64,000 nt of DNA, from the NCBI GenBank assembly GCA_051362555.1, contig CM120648.1, positions 19,030,587 through 19,094,586 of the forward strand, read 5' to 3'. Numbering within the stretch: the first letter of the stretch is position 1; the number at the start of each line of letters is the position of its first letter. The DNA comes from Lingula anatina (Eukaryota; Animalia; Brachiopoda). Made by a program: the position numbers and the translations under genes. Positions 39,096 to 53,225 of the stretch are shown here, piece after piece. The notes under the pieces are model-generated. The model did no database searches and was not told the origin of the DNA. It saw only the letters and a list, made by a program, of their open reading frames with translations.

Positions 39096-40748
39096 TCACA
39101 GCAATTTCCCACAATGTGTACATGGATTTGTTTTGGATAAGGTTGTTTCCTTCTTATGATTGCTCACATAGGGTCAATTAACCCTAGGGAACCATGCGGG
39201 AAAACACACTTTGTGTCTTCCCCATAGTTTTAATCCTTTGTAAGTACATCCCCTTGTTATGTTATCTGTTCATCTGCCTGTGACCCCCCTCCAAGTGCAG
39301 CTGCTGATGTGCTGGGAAATGTTTCAGGCAATGAAAAACAAACAATGGGTTTAAATTACATTGTGTGAGTAGGAGCCTTACTTCCTTCACATCTTGTGAT
39401 CTTACAGTTGTTTAGTGGTAAATCTTGCACTGTGTGAATTTGTATATTGATGAATGGTGGCATATGTGTACAAGTGTGTGATCAATTACACCAGTCTATT
39501 GTGTCCCCCCCCCCTCTTCTGTATGGATAACACCTAATTATTGCACCCCAGAACTACCTGTTGACAGTTAATGGTCACCTGTGTGCCTTTCTTTTCTTAG
39601 AAGGGTGTTTGTTAATTGCTTTGTTAAGGTACCATCTCTTAATTCTATCTTGGCAAGGTGAACAGAGCCTATTCCTTGGATTTATTTAAATGTCCAGAGA
39701 TTCAGTTAACTGCAGTGCCTTAATTTGAAATTTATATTATAGATTAATACTATAATTAAGTCACTATATGCCTTTTCTGACTCAACTTAAAATTGTTTGA
39801 AAGGATAGTCTTTTTCTTGCATATTTAAAATGAATATTTGTTATAATTGATATTAATGAATATAAATTATTGCTATGAATGAATAAATTGATAACATTAC
39901 ATTAGGGATAATTATGCTGGAACTGAGATTGAGTAATTTGTTTATGTGTTACTTAAGTAATTATATTTTTCTTTAAATTACAGATGAATCCAGTTTTTAC
40001 TAGACTTAGCGATAGACGACTTACAGTAGTAATAAAAATTAAGTTTCCGTTGTACGACGTTTTAAAAACGTCAGAAAGGTTTTAATCCCTATACTATGAA
40101 TAGAAGGGGGCGGACAAACAATGGAGAGCCGTCTAATCCCTTCAAAATTCGAACGCCAAAACACAATAGTTTAGACGTAATAACACACAATACCTTAGGC
40201 GAGTGAACCCCATGACGCCTGTTTCTGTGGTCCAGCGCGAGCACGACAATCCGCTGTGACTAGGTGTAATTAACAGCAGGATACATCAGCCAGAAAGTGC
40301 CCATTGTTTGTTGCGGCGATAGGATTATACTCCCGTGGCCACCTATCCTTTTGTTCACTAGCTTGGCACGCGCAGCTGATCATGTTTTAAGTGTTGCAAG
40401 AAAACTGCTAGTTTAATTTAGTATCAGTTTTTTAATTCAACATGAAGTGTTCTGTGGTCAAAAATTAAATTTGATAGACATGCATCAGCATCGTACATCA
40501 GCATGATCAACAAATCACCCCGTCTCAAAAAGTTTAAAGATGCTCCGTACACAAATTTCCATCATCGCTACCTGTGTAAAAATACATTACTGTTTAGAGA
40601 TAACAAAGAAACATTATTAAAACAATTTATTCACATTACAAGCTGGCGTGTTGCCTCAATTACTACATTAAGTTACATTTAATATAAAATAATAGAGCGA
40701 ATCCGTAAAAGGATAATAATAGAAAGTCTTAATAAATAAATATATAAA

Positions 40749-40914
40749 CAGGCCCGCAGCCAGGGGGAGTTCGGGAGGTTCGAAAAACCCCCTTTTGCTT
40801 AAAAAAGGCCCACTCTGGGTAAAATTTGACATAAATACATGGGGATTTTTCGGTAAAAGGTCCAATTTTTCAGAAAAAGACACTCCCTCTTTAAAATTGC
40901 TGGCTACGGGCTTG
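40749..40914. mobile_element. Short hAT-like MITE
   Basis: CAGGCCCGCAGCCAG ... CTGGCTACGGGCTTG inverted termini; no clean TSD. Confidence 0.55.
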
Positions 40915-43761
40915 ATAAATAAATAAATAAAAATATTATTTAAAGAATAAAGTAAATAATTAGGTTACATTAAGAATCAAATAAAAAATAGATAAAAATT
41001 AGATGATTTAAATCATTAAATTAAATTAATAAATAATAAATAAATAATGATTTAATAATTGAATGAATTAATCGCTGTGAAGAAATAATCATTGTCGCAG
41101 CTAACGCGGTGAGTGTCAACCCACATAACTTATAACTCAACGTACTTTCATAAACATGTAGTGTGACCACACTGTCAGCCACCCCCCTTGTTGCACGTTG
41201 CAAGCGATTTGTCTCATAACTATGACAAGGCGTTCTTTTTTCTTGTTGTTGTTTAAAAACGGACCACTTTGTCAAGGCTAATTGCTTAGCTCCCTGCGCG
41301 TCATATGTACTTAGCTCTTTGCGCGACCTATGTAAACGCTAAGATATGAATGTTAGACCGGGTAGTTGATTGTTTTGCCCGGGCGCCGCACTTATGCTTT
41401 CTTACTAGAGCGATCTAGAACAAGTCGCTAGTTTGCCCTGTTTGTAACTAAAGCAAAATATGTTCGACATGCCGTTTCTGCACGACAGCCGGAGACACAG
41501 TAATTGTATAAGGCATGGTTTAAGCTTGTTCGAGAGATAATAACAGTCGCGTTTAACAAAAGATGGTAAGAACCCCTCCTCTTTAACTGATGTCTTACAC
41601 TGTTAATATTGACCGCACTTTCATATATTATGTAATACACTGTCAGACTTTCCCCTGTTGCACGTTGGCGTTGGATTGTACTGGTGCCTCTGTCAATGCA
41701 CCTCATTTAGTTTAAATATTTTTACCGCATAAACCTTTGTGGTTAAGAGTTATTAGTTTAGTAGTAGAAATAGGATGCTTGGACAAAACGCTTCTAGTCA
41801 ACTCGCTAAGACCTAGGGTGTGATGCTGCTATCATCCGAGGAAACACCTACACTGAATCCTCTACCTGAAGTCCCCCTAGCTGAAACAAAAAATGCCCCT
41901 TGAACCGGTCCATTTTTAAAGCGTCGAATCATTTTTGATATCATTGAGCGTTAAAGCGTAGGTTTATTCAACATGACCTATTTTGTAAACAATACTTGCC
42001 TAGATTTTACTTGGATTGATCATAGTCACTGTTTGGCTACTCGCCTATAATGCGTGCTGAATGACAGACAACTTATAAATATTATCTGTGTTACTGTGTT
42101 TATGACCACGTTAAGTTAAAATAGAACGGTATCGGTGATTTAATCCATCCAACATATTTATATTTCTTCTTTTAAATCCAGTGTTAGGTTAACATCAAGT
42201 CAAAGCAAGCCTTGCAGATTGATTTTGTTTAAATTTTCGTAAATTAAGTAAAGCTAAGTAAAGCCTGTTTCTAGTTCATCCACACTATAAAACTGCATGA
42301 AGGATAACAAGTCTCTGAAGCCAATTAACTTTCACAATGCCCTGTGCTTTAGAGTCCCATGTTATACTGTACAATAAAATGAGTATGGCCTGAGAGAAAT
42401 ATAAATATGAGGCCGTGTATGAAGATGTTTCAAATAATAAAAATCAAGAATTTATACATGTTAGGTACATGCACATCACTTGATAAGCCATTTCACAAAA
42501 ATGGCATCTAATTTTTCAGATAAACCCCCACTTTTATCGATCTCAACGCCTTGTCTGATGTTTAAATGTGGGCGTATACTCCAATATTAATTGCGAACAA
42601 TATCAATAGCGACTCGAGATCGTTGCCTGTTTTTCACACTTTTACACAAACTCATGAAGGGTTAATAAAAGGATTCGCGTTGCGACATCTATCTCTTTCT
42701 TTCGAACAAGCAAATTAAGGGCTGACCCGAAGTAAGCTTTCATAACTAATTTCTCTTTGACTGTACAGGGGTATATTGTAATTACTCCACTTGGTCGCCT
42801 CCATTGTCTTGTAACATTGACAAAGAATGTGTTTTCACACGCTAGTTTACATAACTCCTTTGCCTTGTGTCTTTATCAAGGTTATAATCAGTTTGAATAG
42901 GTTGTCTTGCCTCACTTAAAAAGGGAGTTGTTCTTCACACTGGTTGTTGCCTACATTTGTGTAACTTATGCTAACCTACTTTGTACAAATATGGTTTTAA
43001 TAAATCGCCAAAACTATGACACTAGTGAACATTGTGTATCAAACATTTTGATACGATTAAATAAATGTGCAAGAAGGATTACGGAATGAGTTACTATTTA
43101 CCTCCCCCCCACGCGCCCTTCAAAAAATGCTCTTTTGATTTCGAAATGAATTTGTTTTTAACGCAAAGAAGTCCAATACCCCTTTCACGACTCAGTCATT
43201 GTACAGCATGTTATATTACTCTTTACCCTTTTTATTTGACACTGTCTCTGTTTCTCTCCCCTTTTACTTTCTCTTGTTAGAAGGAGGGCAAATAATTAAG
43301 CATTCAAAATATGCATCACCAATCTTCAGAAAAGAATGAGTGAATGAACCATTGGGCTGGCCCACAACGTCCGACACAGCAGAATAAATTCAATAACAGC
43401 TTTCACAGATTTAACTGCAGTTAGCTGTACAGCGTCACTATATACATAATCCGCTGCACGCGCGAAGCTGTTGAACAAAAGGGTAGTTCTCTAGGGAAGA
43501 CCTTTTGTTTACATAAGTACTCTAAGGGGGCGTGCCTAACCAGGCGACAAGAGGATTAGGCTAGTCACTATATTCCGTCAAATTCGTTTAGCGACCCTAT
43601 CATTATCACACTCCCTCTATTGTATTTTCTGACGTTATAATTGTATCTAATCTTCTTATGGTAGATGGAAAAAATGCACACATATATAATCTTATGACTG
43701 TAGACTAGCAGATTCAGTAGAAGCTAGATCAGTAGAAAGTAGGAACAAGATAGCACCTGTA

Positions 43762-46700
43762 GTGAAGAGCTTGAGTGGGAAAGAGGTGGCAGCAAAGGCG
43801 GAGGCATCTGTGAGGGAGAAGGGGGGTGATCCCAGGAATCGCACTGCTGTACTGGGGCAGCACGTGCTACAGTTTGGTAAATACAGGGGCCAGACCTTCC
43901 TTTGGCTGCTAGAGAACAGCCTTGGTTATGCTGCCTGGATTGTGTCCTCGACAGGCAGGGAAACCAAGACAGACACACCTCTCAGTGAGAATAAATTTAG
44001 TTTGAAGGTATGACAAAGAGACCTATGAAATGTTATTAAGAAATATATGTGATATTTTAAAATATAAGGTACCCAGTGACTGTAAATTTATGTTTAACTT
44101 AGCTAGGTGGATAGATATTGTTATTTGAAAATTGATTTTTTTTTTTGCATTTGTTTATTTGTCTTTGATTGATTGAAATGAGGATATGTTTAGTGACATA
44201 TTGTGTATACTTTTTATTATGTGGAAATGAGGTGTAGATGGCCTCTAACATTTTAGAACTCTATATGGTTATGATTAATTTTTCTTATTATATGAACAGC
44301 ATCATATCAGCACTTTAAACACTGAATCAATTTCTTTAGGAATACATGGAATCCTTTCCTGAGGGAAAAGAGGCAATTGAATTGAAGAAAGAAGAGCAGC
44401 TGAAGAGGCGTGCAGCAGTTAACCCAGGGGTTGTGAAGCTGCCACGCCTTGATACACCAAACATTGTAGAAGGTAATATTTAAAATTGTAAAAATTATTT
44501 TGATATGAGCCAACATTTTTCTATTATTAAGTAAGCTCTGTGAATAGGCAGATATTCTTATGTGTGAAATAATAATCTCCCAATAACACCTATTGTGATA
44601 AATAAAGGTTTTAAACATTGTTTCACTCGAATATTGTAAATATTTTTTTCATTTATTTGTATTATTTAATTTTGTAGAACAAGAGGTGACTGACGAGGAA
44701 TTGCTGGCAATTCCAGAGCCACAGGCAACATGTATGTATTGCTGATTAATTTAAGCAGTCTCCCTGCAAGTTCTTTTGAATATTATAATCTTTATGATAC
44801 AGTACTGTGTATACATATCCTGCCTGTAATTGGATTGAAAATTGGTAGTTTAGGATGTTTAAGACTCTGCTGAGCTGCTTTTTTTATCTAATTTGTTTAA
44901 TGTTACATGTGTGTCATCCTTGATGCCAAGAATATATATATGCTTATTATTATTATTATATTTTTTTCTGTTAGCATCAGCTATTTCCACCTCCACGAGG
45001 GATTTACAAGCCATGACAGTCCGGCGCATGCAGGCACGTGCGTCGGCATCCCAGATGGAGGCAGAAACAGAGGTTAATAAGCATACAAAAATATCTTTGA
45101 AAATTATATGGATGAGATTTTTTAATTCATAATTTTGCCTTCGCAGATTACAGTACACACACACAAACACACACCTAATTGTTAAATATATAAAATCTGT
45201 TTTTTTCTTGTCAGGTGACCTTGCCTAAGGGATGGCAGAACACGCTGCCCCCCCCTGATCAGGCTTGGCTGGCCAAGGTCCTGTTCAGGGTAAATCCTGT
45301 CACTGGAAAGCGGGAGCTGGCTCCTAAGCTGACCATGTGGCATTATCCACCAGAGCCCCTGCAGGTCCACGGGGTTCCTCCATCTTCCCCAGATCCCTAT
45401 TTTCTACGACCATTTTTCCTGTGGGCACCACTTCGTGTGTGGAACCTGAAGCTGAAATGCCACCCAGAGTGTGTTGCTAAGCAGGCAGCAAAGAAGACCA
45501 CGGTTTGTTCACATCAGCATATTTTAATTGATGACTAACCTTAAACACTGCTTAAGTACAAACACAATTTGTTCTCGTTCTTTCCATCATTTGTATATAA
45601 CATGTATATATTTGTTAAGGCTTATATTTATGAAAAATAAAGGTTGTATTTAATGAGATAGAAATATATTAAGTTGAATTTTTAAGGTTGAGTTAATCAG
45701 TGACTGTCCATTTTTTTTTTTTTTTTTTTTTCGAGCACTAAGAAATTACTTAATGTTTTATTTTGTGTTGCAGTATCACCTCACTCTGGCAGGGCTCTAC
45801 CAAACAGTCAGAAAAGTACTAGATGTAGATGGCTGGTACTATATAGGATGCGAGTACCTAGAATGCAAATTCTGCAAAAGGAAGTTTGCAAGCTGGTCCC
45901 CCCTTGTCCTTGACCAGCTAGACCTGGGGCGTAGAAGCTACTTTCCAGCTATGCTGACATTTAGGTAAGATGAGAAGTAATTAGTTTTCTAGTTTAATTG
46001 TTATTTTGTCAGATTGCTCATCATAGGAAGCAGTAATAGTAACTTGCACTGTTTGTTTGTTGACAGTAATAGAAAAAAAACTCTAACCTATGAATGTTGG
46101 GCATGATTTAGACGCAATTTTTGCTGTAACAAAAATTATTTGGATTTCAGGTACACATGCGACTTAAAGGTGGTGCGACTCCTTAGACAGAGGACCCTGG
46201 GCAACTCGGCCACCAAAGTTATGCACCAGGTTGAGGAGCAACACCGAGAGGCACATGCTCTCCGGCAGCTAAGGTATCTGCAGGCTCGGGAGTCATTCCA
46301 GGCAGCTGGGCACATGGTGACGGTTTTCCCTCCCAGTGCTCAGCTTCCAGTGATGCCTCCTGTTCCCAAAGTGCCTTGGTTGCTGGGAGTATACCTCAAA
46401 GATGTTTTCACACGGCTAGATGACAACAAGGCCGAAATCACATCAACTTTTGGTGACGTATTAAAAATGGATTCAACTAAGAAAGTGGGTTATTTATTTT
46501 CCTTGTTTTACCTTCCACTAACATTTTTTGTAATGAAGTAAACTTGACCATGATAAGAGTTTAACCATTTTGTCAAAGCTCATTACTTTAAAGATGTTTC
46601 ATACAGTATACATTTTTTTATTTGTTGTTTTTTAAAGGTGGTTTTGAAAGTTAAATAACTATGATCATTTAAGGCAGATATTGAAGTTTTTCTTAAAAGC

Positions 46701-49700
46701 ATTTATTTTCTATCTTTTAGGAGACCAAAAAGCTTGCTGGACACACCCAGGGAACTGGTCTGCCTCTTAAACAGTATTGTAATATGTGCACCATGACAAA
46801 CTGATTTGATAGTTGATGATAAGTAACAATATTTGTGTGCCTCTAGTAAATGGTTTACTGTAATGTCTTTATATTTTCCTTTTAGGTTGCCAAAAAGCTT
46901 GGTGGACATGCGCGTGGCACGGCATCTTGGGTGACCAATGTGGGGAATGAATTTGGCCAGGTCCTCATGTCTGTCCTTACCGATTCAGAAGGCATTGGCT
47001 TGGATGTGATGGCAGAGGGTCTTATGGGTAGGTATGCAGCAGCAGGAGTTCCACCTCCTTCACTGTTGTATGTAGATCGTGACTGTTGCTCTGAGAGACT
47101 TCGCTTGTCTTTCCACCAGTGGGAGTCACTCAACATTAGATTGGACATTTGGCACTTCATGCGTCGTATTGCAGCTGCCTGCACCTCTGAGAGTCATGCT
47201 CTATATGCCGCTTTCATGGGTCGCCTGTCAGGGTGTATATTTGAGTTTGATCCAGAGGATGTGGCGCGGCTTCGTGCGGCAAAGGAGGCTGAACTCCTCT
47301 CTAGTGGTGTGTGGCGTGCCTCTGAAGCTGATCTTGATCTTCATATTACCAAGAAAGAGCTTCAGTTGCACTGCAAGCGTAGAACTCGAGGGGTTGAACA
47401 GACTCGATCCCTCATAGACAACCTGCTGTCCTCCTTCTCCTCCGAGTCTGGCAAGGACACCATGGGTATACCTGTGCTGGATGCAGACCTAGCAAACCAG
47501 ATCTGGGATGAGCAAAAACGCCATTTGGCGTGTATTCAGGTAGGATAAATTATTATTTGTGCACCATATACAAATTAATTGAAATATACCCTAGATTTTT
47601 CTTTCAGACACCAAACATGACTGTTATATCATATAAGTGGTTAAGTTTGAATTCTCTGCCATTTTTTCAAGTATAATGCATTTGGTTCATGTATTCATTT
47701 TATCTAGATCCTCATTAGTGCAGCTTTTAAAAACTTTGAAGTTCATCTGATGAATTTTTGTAATTCTTTTTCATATCATGATTATGAAGGATCTTGAGGG
47801 CAAGAACCTGTACACACAAATCAGGACAATAAAAAAGGGAGGCATTGAATTGCCCGTGTATCGATGTGCAAGAGGCTCTGTTTCCTTGGAGTCATTTCAC
47901 AACCACATTGTCAGATTCATACCAGGTATGTTATAGGGAAATAAAATTTAAATAAATTCTTATTTTCGTATTATATTGTGTAGATATTGTTTCACTGAAA
48001 TCAAAGGCATTCTTCCTATTTATTTGTACTTTTATTATTAGATTGAAAAAGTTTGAGAGAAACTTTTTGTTTACTTGATAAACTGTATATAAGATAATAA
48101 GATCTATAATGCCAGCTGCTTACATTCACTTGCACTATTCAAACAGGTACAGTCGCCAACGACAGCCATTTCCAAGCATACCTTTTGGAGGGCATTGTGC
48201 GTTGGAATAAAGACAGAGAGCAGGCTGCACAGGGGCGGGAATCTGGGCACTTCTATAACAGTGCTGTTCAGCTGGAACTGAACAGAGCCAGTGCACAGGT
48301 GTATGGTGAGCCTATCGACCCATCTTTCCATCCTCCTTTACAGTACACTGGGGAAATGATAGGGGTGGAGTACCTGTATAACCAAACTGGTAGACGGTGG
48401 ACCTCCACAGTAGTCCTTGATCCTGACACAGTGGACGACATCAAGGAGGATGAAGAAGAGGAAGATGAGGGGTATGAGGAAGAGGAGGAGCAGGATCCCA
48501 CTGTTGGGATCTTAGCTCAGAGGAGAAGGAAAGGTATGCATGATTTGTTTTTGTTGATTTTGATGATTGCAATTTGTTTTGTTATGCAGTCTATTTATCT
48601 TTTGTTCCCTGCATGCAATTGTTTTCAGATTGATAGTGCTGTCTCAGAGTAGCTTATACTATTTGCTTCTAGGTGATGACCCGGTGGAGGGGGAGAGTGG
48701 AGATACTCATGACCCAGAAGCAAATAGAGGGATGGATGAAGGTATGATGATGATAATCATACAGATGATACAGTGATTAAATGTTCACTTGATCATGTTT
48801 TGCTGTTAATGCTTTTTTCCCCGTTTGTCTACTGATTGGCTGATGGGTAATATACTATGCATGCTGTTGCTTATCACAGAAAACATCTTTAAAGTCAGAG
48901 GTCATAAAATAGGGCATATTTATTCTCATTTTCAGGTGATGTGCCACATTTGGAGGAAGTGGCTGGCCACGACCCTACCCATGAAACACAGAGCACAGAG
49001 CAATCAGTGAGTTTACTATCTTAACACAACTTATTTTCAGTTTGTTTTTGATAAATAAGAAACATAAATACAAACATGCTCTATTTTGGAAATTATTTGT
49101 GGAACTTTTTTTTTCATTTATCAATCTTTTATTTAGATTTATTTGTCTTCTTCTTATTATTATTGTTATATTTTTGCAGGAATCCATTGGACCAAAAGGA
49201 GTGGTGGGATGGAAGGCCATCCAAGATCTAGCAAAGGCCTTGTTTGCTCTACATAATGCACCAACTATGACAGAGGCTGCAGCAGACAACCTGATATCTC
49301 TCTGGGGGAAACTGCCTGCAGGTACATGTTGTTCATTTGAGATGGCATTTATAGGCATAAAACACATGATGGAAACAATGCATGTAATGTAGTATTAACA
49401 TTCTCATGACTCTGATCTGGTTATGTGTACAGTAAACTTGTGTGATTTATAGGATTACGTGAAGAAAGGGTGCAGTACCCATCAAGATATAGAGCAGACA
49501 CACAACACTCTGGTCGGTTCAGAAGAAAGAAGCCCTCCCCCAAAAAGCAGTCAGGACAACAGGGAATTGTGAGCTTGAGAAGGTAAGACTTTTTATTGCA
49601 TTTTCTAAATTTCAACATGATGAAGTTATGCACGCAACTAGTTTAAATCCCTTAAAAAATAACTGCAAAAAACTGTCATTTGTGATTAATTTACTTCTTC

Positions 49701-50838
49701 AAAGAGCAAAATTAGGGACAAAATCTTTCCAAATGTGAAAGGAGGATAGTTTATTATTTCCATGTTTTTCCAGAGCAATGGTGGGAGCATCAGCAGGCCC
49801 TGCCACAGCAGTGGATGCTTCTCCACTGGTAGAAGCTTTATGTGTTCACCTTGAGCGTAACAGCCCATCGCCTAAAAAGCAGCGTGGACGACAGTCGGCA
49901 TCAAGATGGAAAGTGATCCTGGATAAATACCACCACATCCGGAACCTTGTCACCTTGCATGATAGACTGATGAGCCAAACCAACATCCAGCTGTATGAAA
50001 TCAACCAGACGACACTGCTGAAATGGTAATAATTTTAAGCATGTACATATTTCAGTTATTTTAAGTGTTTCTTCAGTTGATTTGTCAGTAAAAATACTAC
50101 ATATCAAAAGTGTAATGTGTGGGAACAAATATTACTACTGAAGAGATATTTCAATGCGTTTTTTTTTTTTTTTGTTGTTGTTGTTGTTGTTGTTGTGATT
50201 TTAAATATTTTTCCTTCAGTGTAGGACAGAGCAGTTAAAGAAGATTTTTTGTTATCAATCAATAATTTTGATAACATTCTTTCGTCAGTTTTGTAACTTT
50301 GATTAACCTTATTTCTAGGTGGAATGACAGGCAAAAGGGGCTCGAAAAAAAGGTCCTGCTGCAAGGCTTGCCTCCACCTCCTCCTTTGATGGCAAAGGAG
50401 AAGCTACTGCCTGCCCTCCGGCGTCCAGTGAGCCCAAAGGCAACACCACCAGCACCCACAGAGCTCCTTCCAAGGCTGTTGCCCCAGCCCAGTGCCCCTG
50501 TTCATGTCTTTGCCAGCATACCATCTGTAGCACCCCAGGTGAAGGTAACAACACCAAGTCCCCAGGGTGAAGAAAAGCTGCCAAAGTCCACACTGTTTTA
50601 CCAGCGTAAGATGGCAGCAGCAGGAGAAGGGAAGAGGAGATACGCGAAACATGCTGCATTTACAAAATGCAAACGCTGCAACCAGGCAAAGCGTAAAGAA
50701 ACTGGGCACAGTCGTCACCTTGGACAATTAGGTCTTGATGAGTTCTGTCCTGCCGTCGAGGGTACCCAGTATCCAAGTGTTCAGGCCTGGTTAGCAGCAA
50801 GGAAGTTGGTAAACCCTCCCAAGCCAAAGAAGACATAG
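43762..50838 (+). CDS. Multi-exon DDE transposase-like protein of the DxxH (MULE/hAT/P/Kolobok-related) group, DUF6729-like
   Basis: Exons about 43762-44007, 44340-44472, small exons, 45216-45501, 45774-45964, 46151-46484, 46886-47539, 47790-47925, 48147-48532, ..., 49774-50024, 50319-50838. Motifs LQFGKYRG, KMDSTKK, LYVDRDCC, RLDIWHFMRR, RGSVSLESFH and a C-terminal CxxC..H..C. Start codon not pinned down. Confidence 0.8.
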
Positions 50839-52619
50839 GGCTCTGCAACTTTGGACTTATGTGTATAGATGTGTACATAATTTATTTTACTTATTTTTAA
50901 ATTAATATCATGGTTCATTTCAAGGCATGTTTAAATATAAATTCATTTTGTTGATATTTGATTTATTTATTTATTAATTTTTTTGCTCATATAAATGTTC
51001 AGTAATTTTCATAAATTAAAAATTATCATGCACAAGCTACAAAATTTTATACTACCTTTATCTTATGGCCAACCTGGATGTAGGCCTCGTTTAGTAATGT
51101 ATAATGTATTATGTATATTTATGTTGTACATTTGTATTTTCTGGCACATATCTGAGTACATTTTTACCTTGTGTATATTCTCTTTTATTTACTGTTGCAT
51201 AGTTATTAATTAATTTATTTTTTGTACATATTTGTGCATTGTTACCTGTGTAATGTAGACTTACCTGCAGATGAAGGCAGAACGGCAAAACGGAGAGTAA
51301 ACTCCACTTCAGCTGGACAGAGCATGGAAAAATCCTACCCCCCCCCACTTCCTTCCATACAATTCCCAACATTCATTAAGGGAGTGGGGTTGGGCAGCCC
51401 GCTCGCAGCATTTTCTTGCAGTCTGTCATTTTTTTTTTGTAAGATATTGTAATTTTCTTACTAAAAACTTGTAACTTTAATTGCATTTGTAGAATATATC
51501 ACAGTCTTAGTACATACCAATTACAGTAGTATTTGTCAAGTATAGCATCAGTTGGCCTTTTTTTGTGTCTTTTATTTATTTTATTTATTTACTTTTAATT
51601 TTTTTTTTTGTAAATCTGCATAAATTTCATTCTTTTTTAAGTGAACAAATGAACTTTTGTGTTGGTAGAATACATGTTTATGTACTTACCTTATATTTCT
51701 TTTACATATTTTATTTCATAAGTCAGTCTTTTTGCTAGATATTTTCAATTTGGTTTTTAAAGAGTGGAAATATTTTTTTAAATGGAGGCCTATCAGTACT
51801 GTTATGCTGTACATAAAACTTGTTAATTTTTTTAGTGTAAGTACATTGTTCTTTTTGTATGAAGATAATTTTTTTTAGTTAGCCTACTAGTGAAAATAGT
51901 TTTGTTTGTTTGTTTGTTAAGTGCATGCATGCCACTGTAATATATGTTCTTTATTTGACTGTAATAAACGGTGTTTTTTGGGAAAGAAAGATGTTTGTTC
52001 AGTTGTTGCTCTTTTTCCTCCCTCTACTCTTCTTCCTTTCACTATTAACATATAAAAAATTAATTTATGTGGACTAGGGATTAATATCAATAAGTAGATT
52101 TTCTAACTAAAAATGAAAAAAATAATCATTTAAATTTTCTCAAAGTTAATGGATTATGCTTTATTTTATGAAATGCATTGCAGAAAGATCGTCTGTATAA
52201 TTAACTAGAATTTTATATCAAAATAAAAGTTAAAAAAAATAAACTATATGCTTTTAGTTTAAATTTCTGCTCCAATCAGGTTACTTCAAATGCTGTTAAA
52301 AACTTTCAAATACCTTACTTAAGTTATTTAATAATTTTTAATTATTTTTTGGTGTGAGGAGCCTTTTTTAAAAAGTTTTTAAAACCTATTTATAACCTAG
52401 TGAGACCCCCCCCCCCCCACGGGGAGAGATCGGTCTAAAATCTGTGGGAATGCAGTCTTATTATTTTTTCAAATACGACTGCAGTACCTTTAAATTGTTT
52501 ACCAAATGGTCAAACTACACCAGAATGTGGCAAATTCTATTATTTATCATAATTTTTTTTTTCTTCACTGTTTTTTTTTTTTTTTTCATTTTTTATTTTA
52601 AAAAATGAAAAAAAAAATC

Positions 52620-53225
52620 ACCAGTTTTACGTAATAACTTCCACATAAGTACAACACTGTATCAGCGTTTGGTCAGTTTTGCTTTATTAGCGCATCATTT
52701 TCAGTTGTTTCTTATTTTTCTTTTTTTATTAAAAAAATACTCACCTGTTGTACCTTGGTATTTTGTACCTTGAAACTTCTTCTGTAATTTCATTAAATTG
52801 CAATCATTTCAGACACAAGAACAACACTGTATCAGGGTTCGTAATTTTTGCTTTATTAGCGCTTCATTTTCATTTATTTCTTACTTGGTTTTTCTCATTA
52901 TTTATTTTAAAAAATCTTTTAAAAATCACCAGTTGTACTTTTAGACTTCCACTGTAATTTCTTTAAATTGCAATCATTTCAGTAACCAGAACAACACTTA
53001 TCAGCGTTCGTATCTTTGCTTTATTAGCGTTTTATTTTCATTTATTTCTTATTAGGTTTTTCTCATTTTTTATTTAAAAAAAATCTTTAAAAAATCACCA
53101 GTTGTACTTTAAAACTTCAACTGTAATTTCTTCAAATTGCAATCATGTCAGTAACAAGAACAACACTGGTATTTTTGTATCAGCGTTCGTGTCTTTGCTT
53201 TATTAGCGCTTCATTTTCATTTATT
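52620..53225. repeat. About four tandem copies of a ~170-bp unit
   Basis: ACAACACTG..ATCAGCGTT..TTTGCTTTATTAGCG..TCATTTTCA at about 52650, 52820, 52990 and 53160. Confidence 0.8.
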
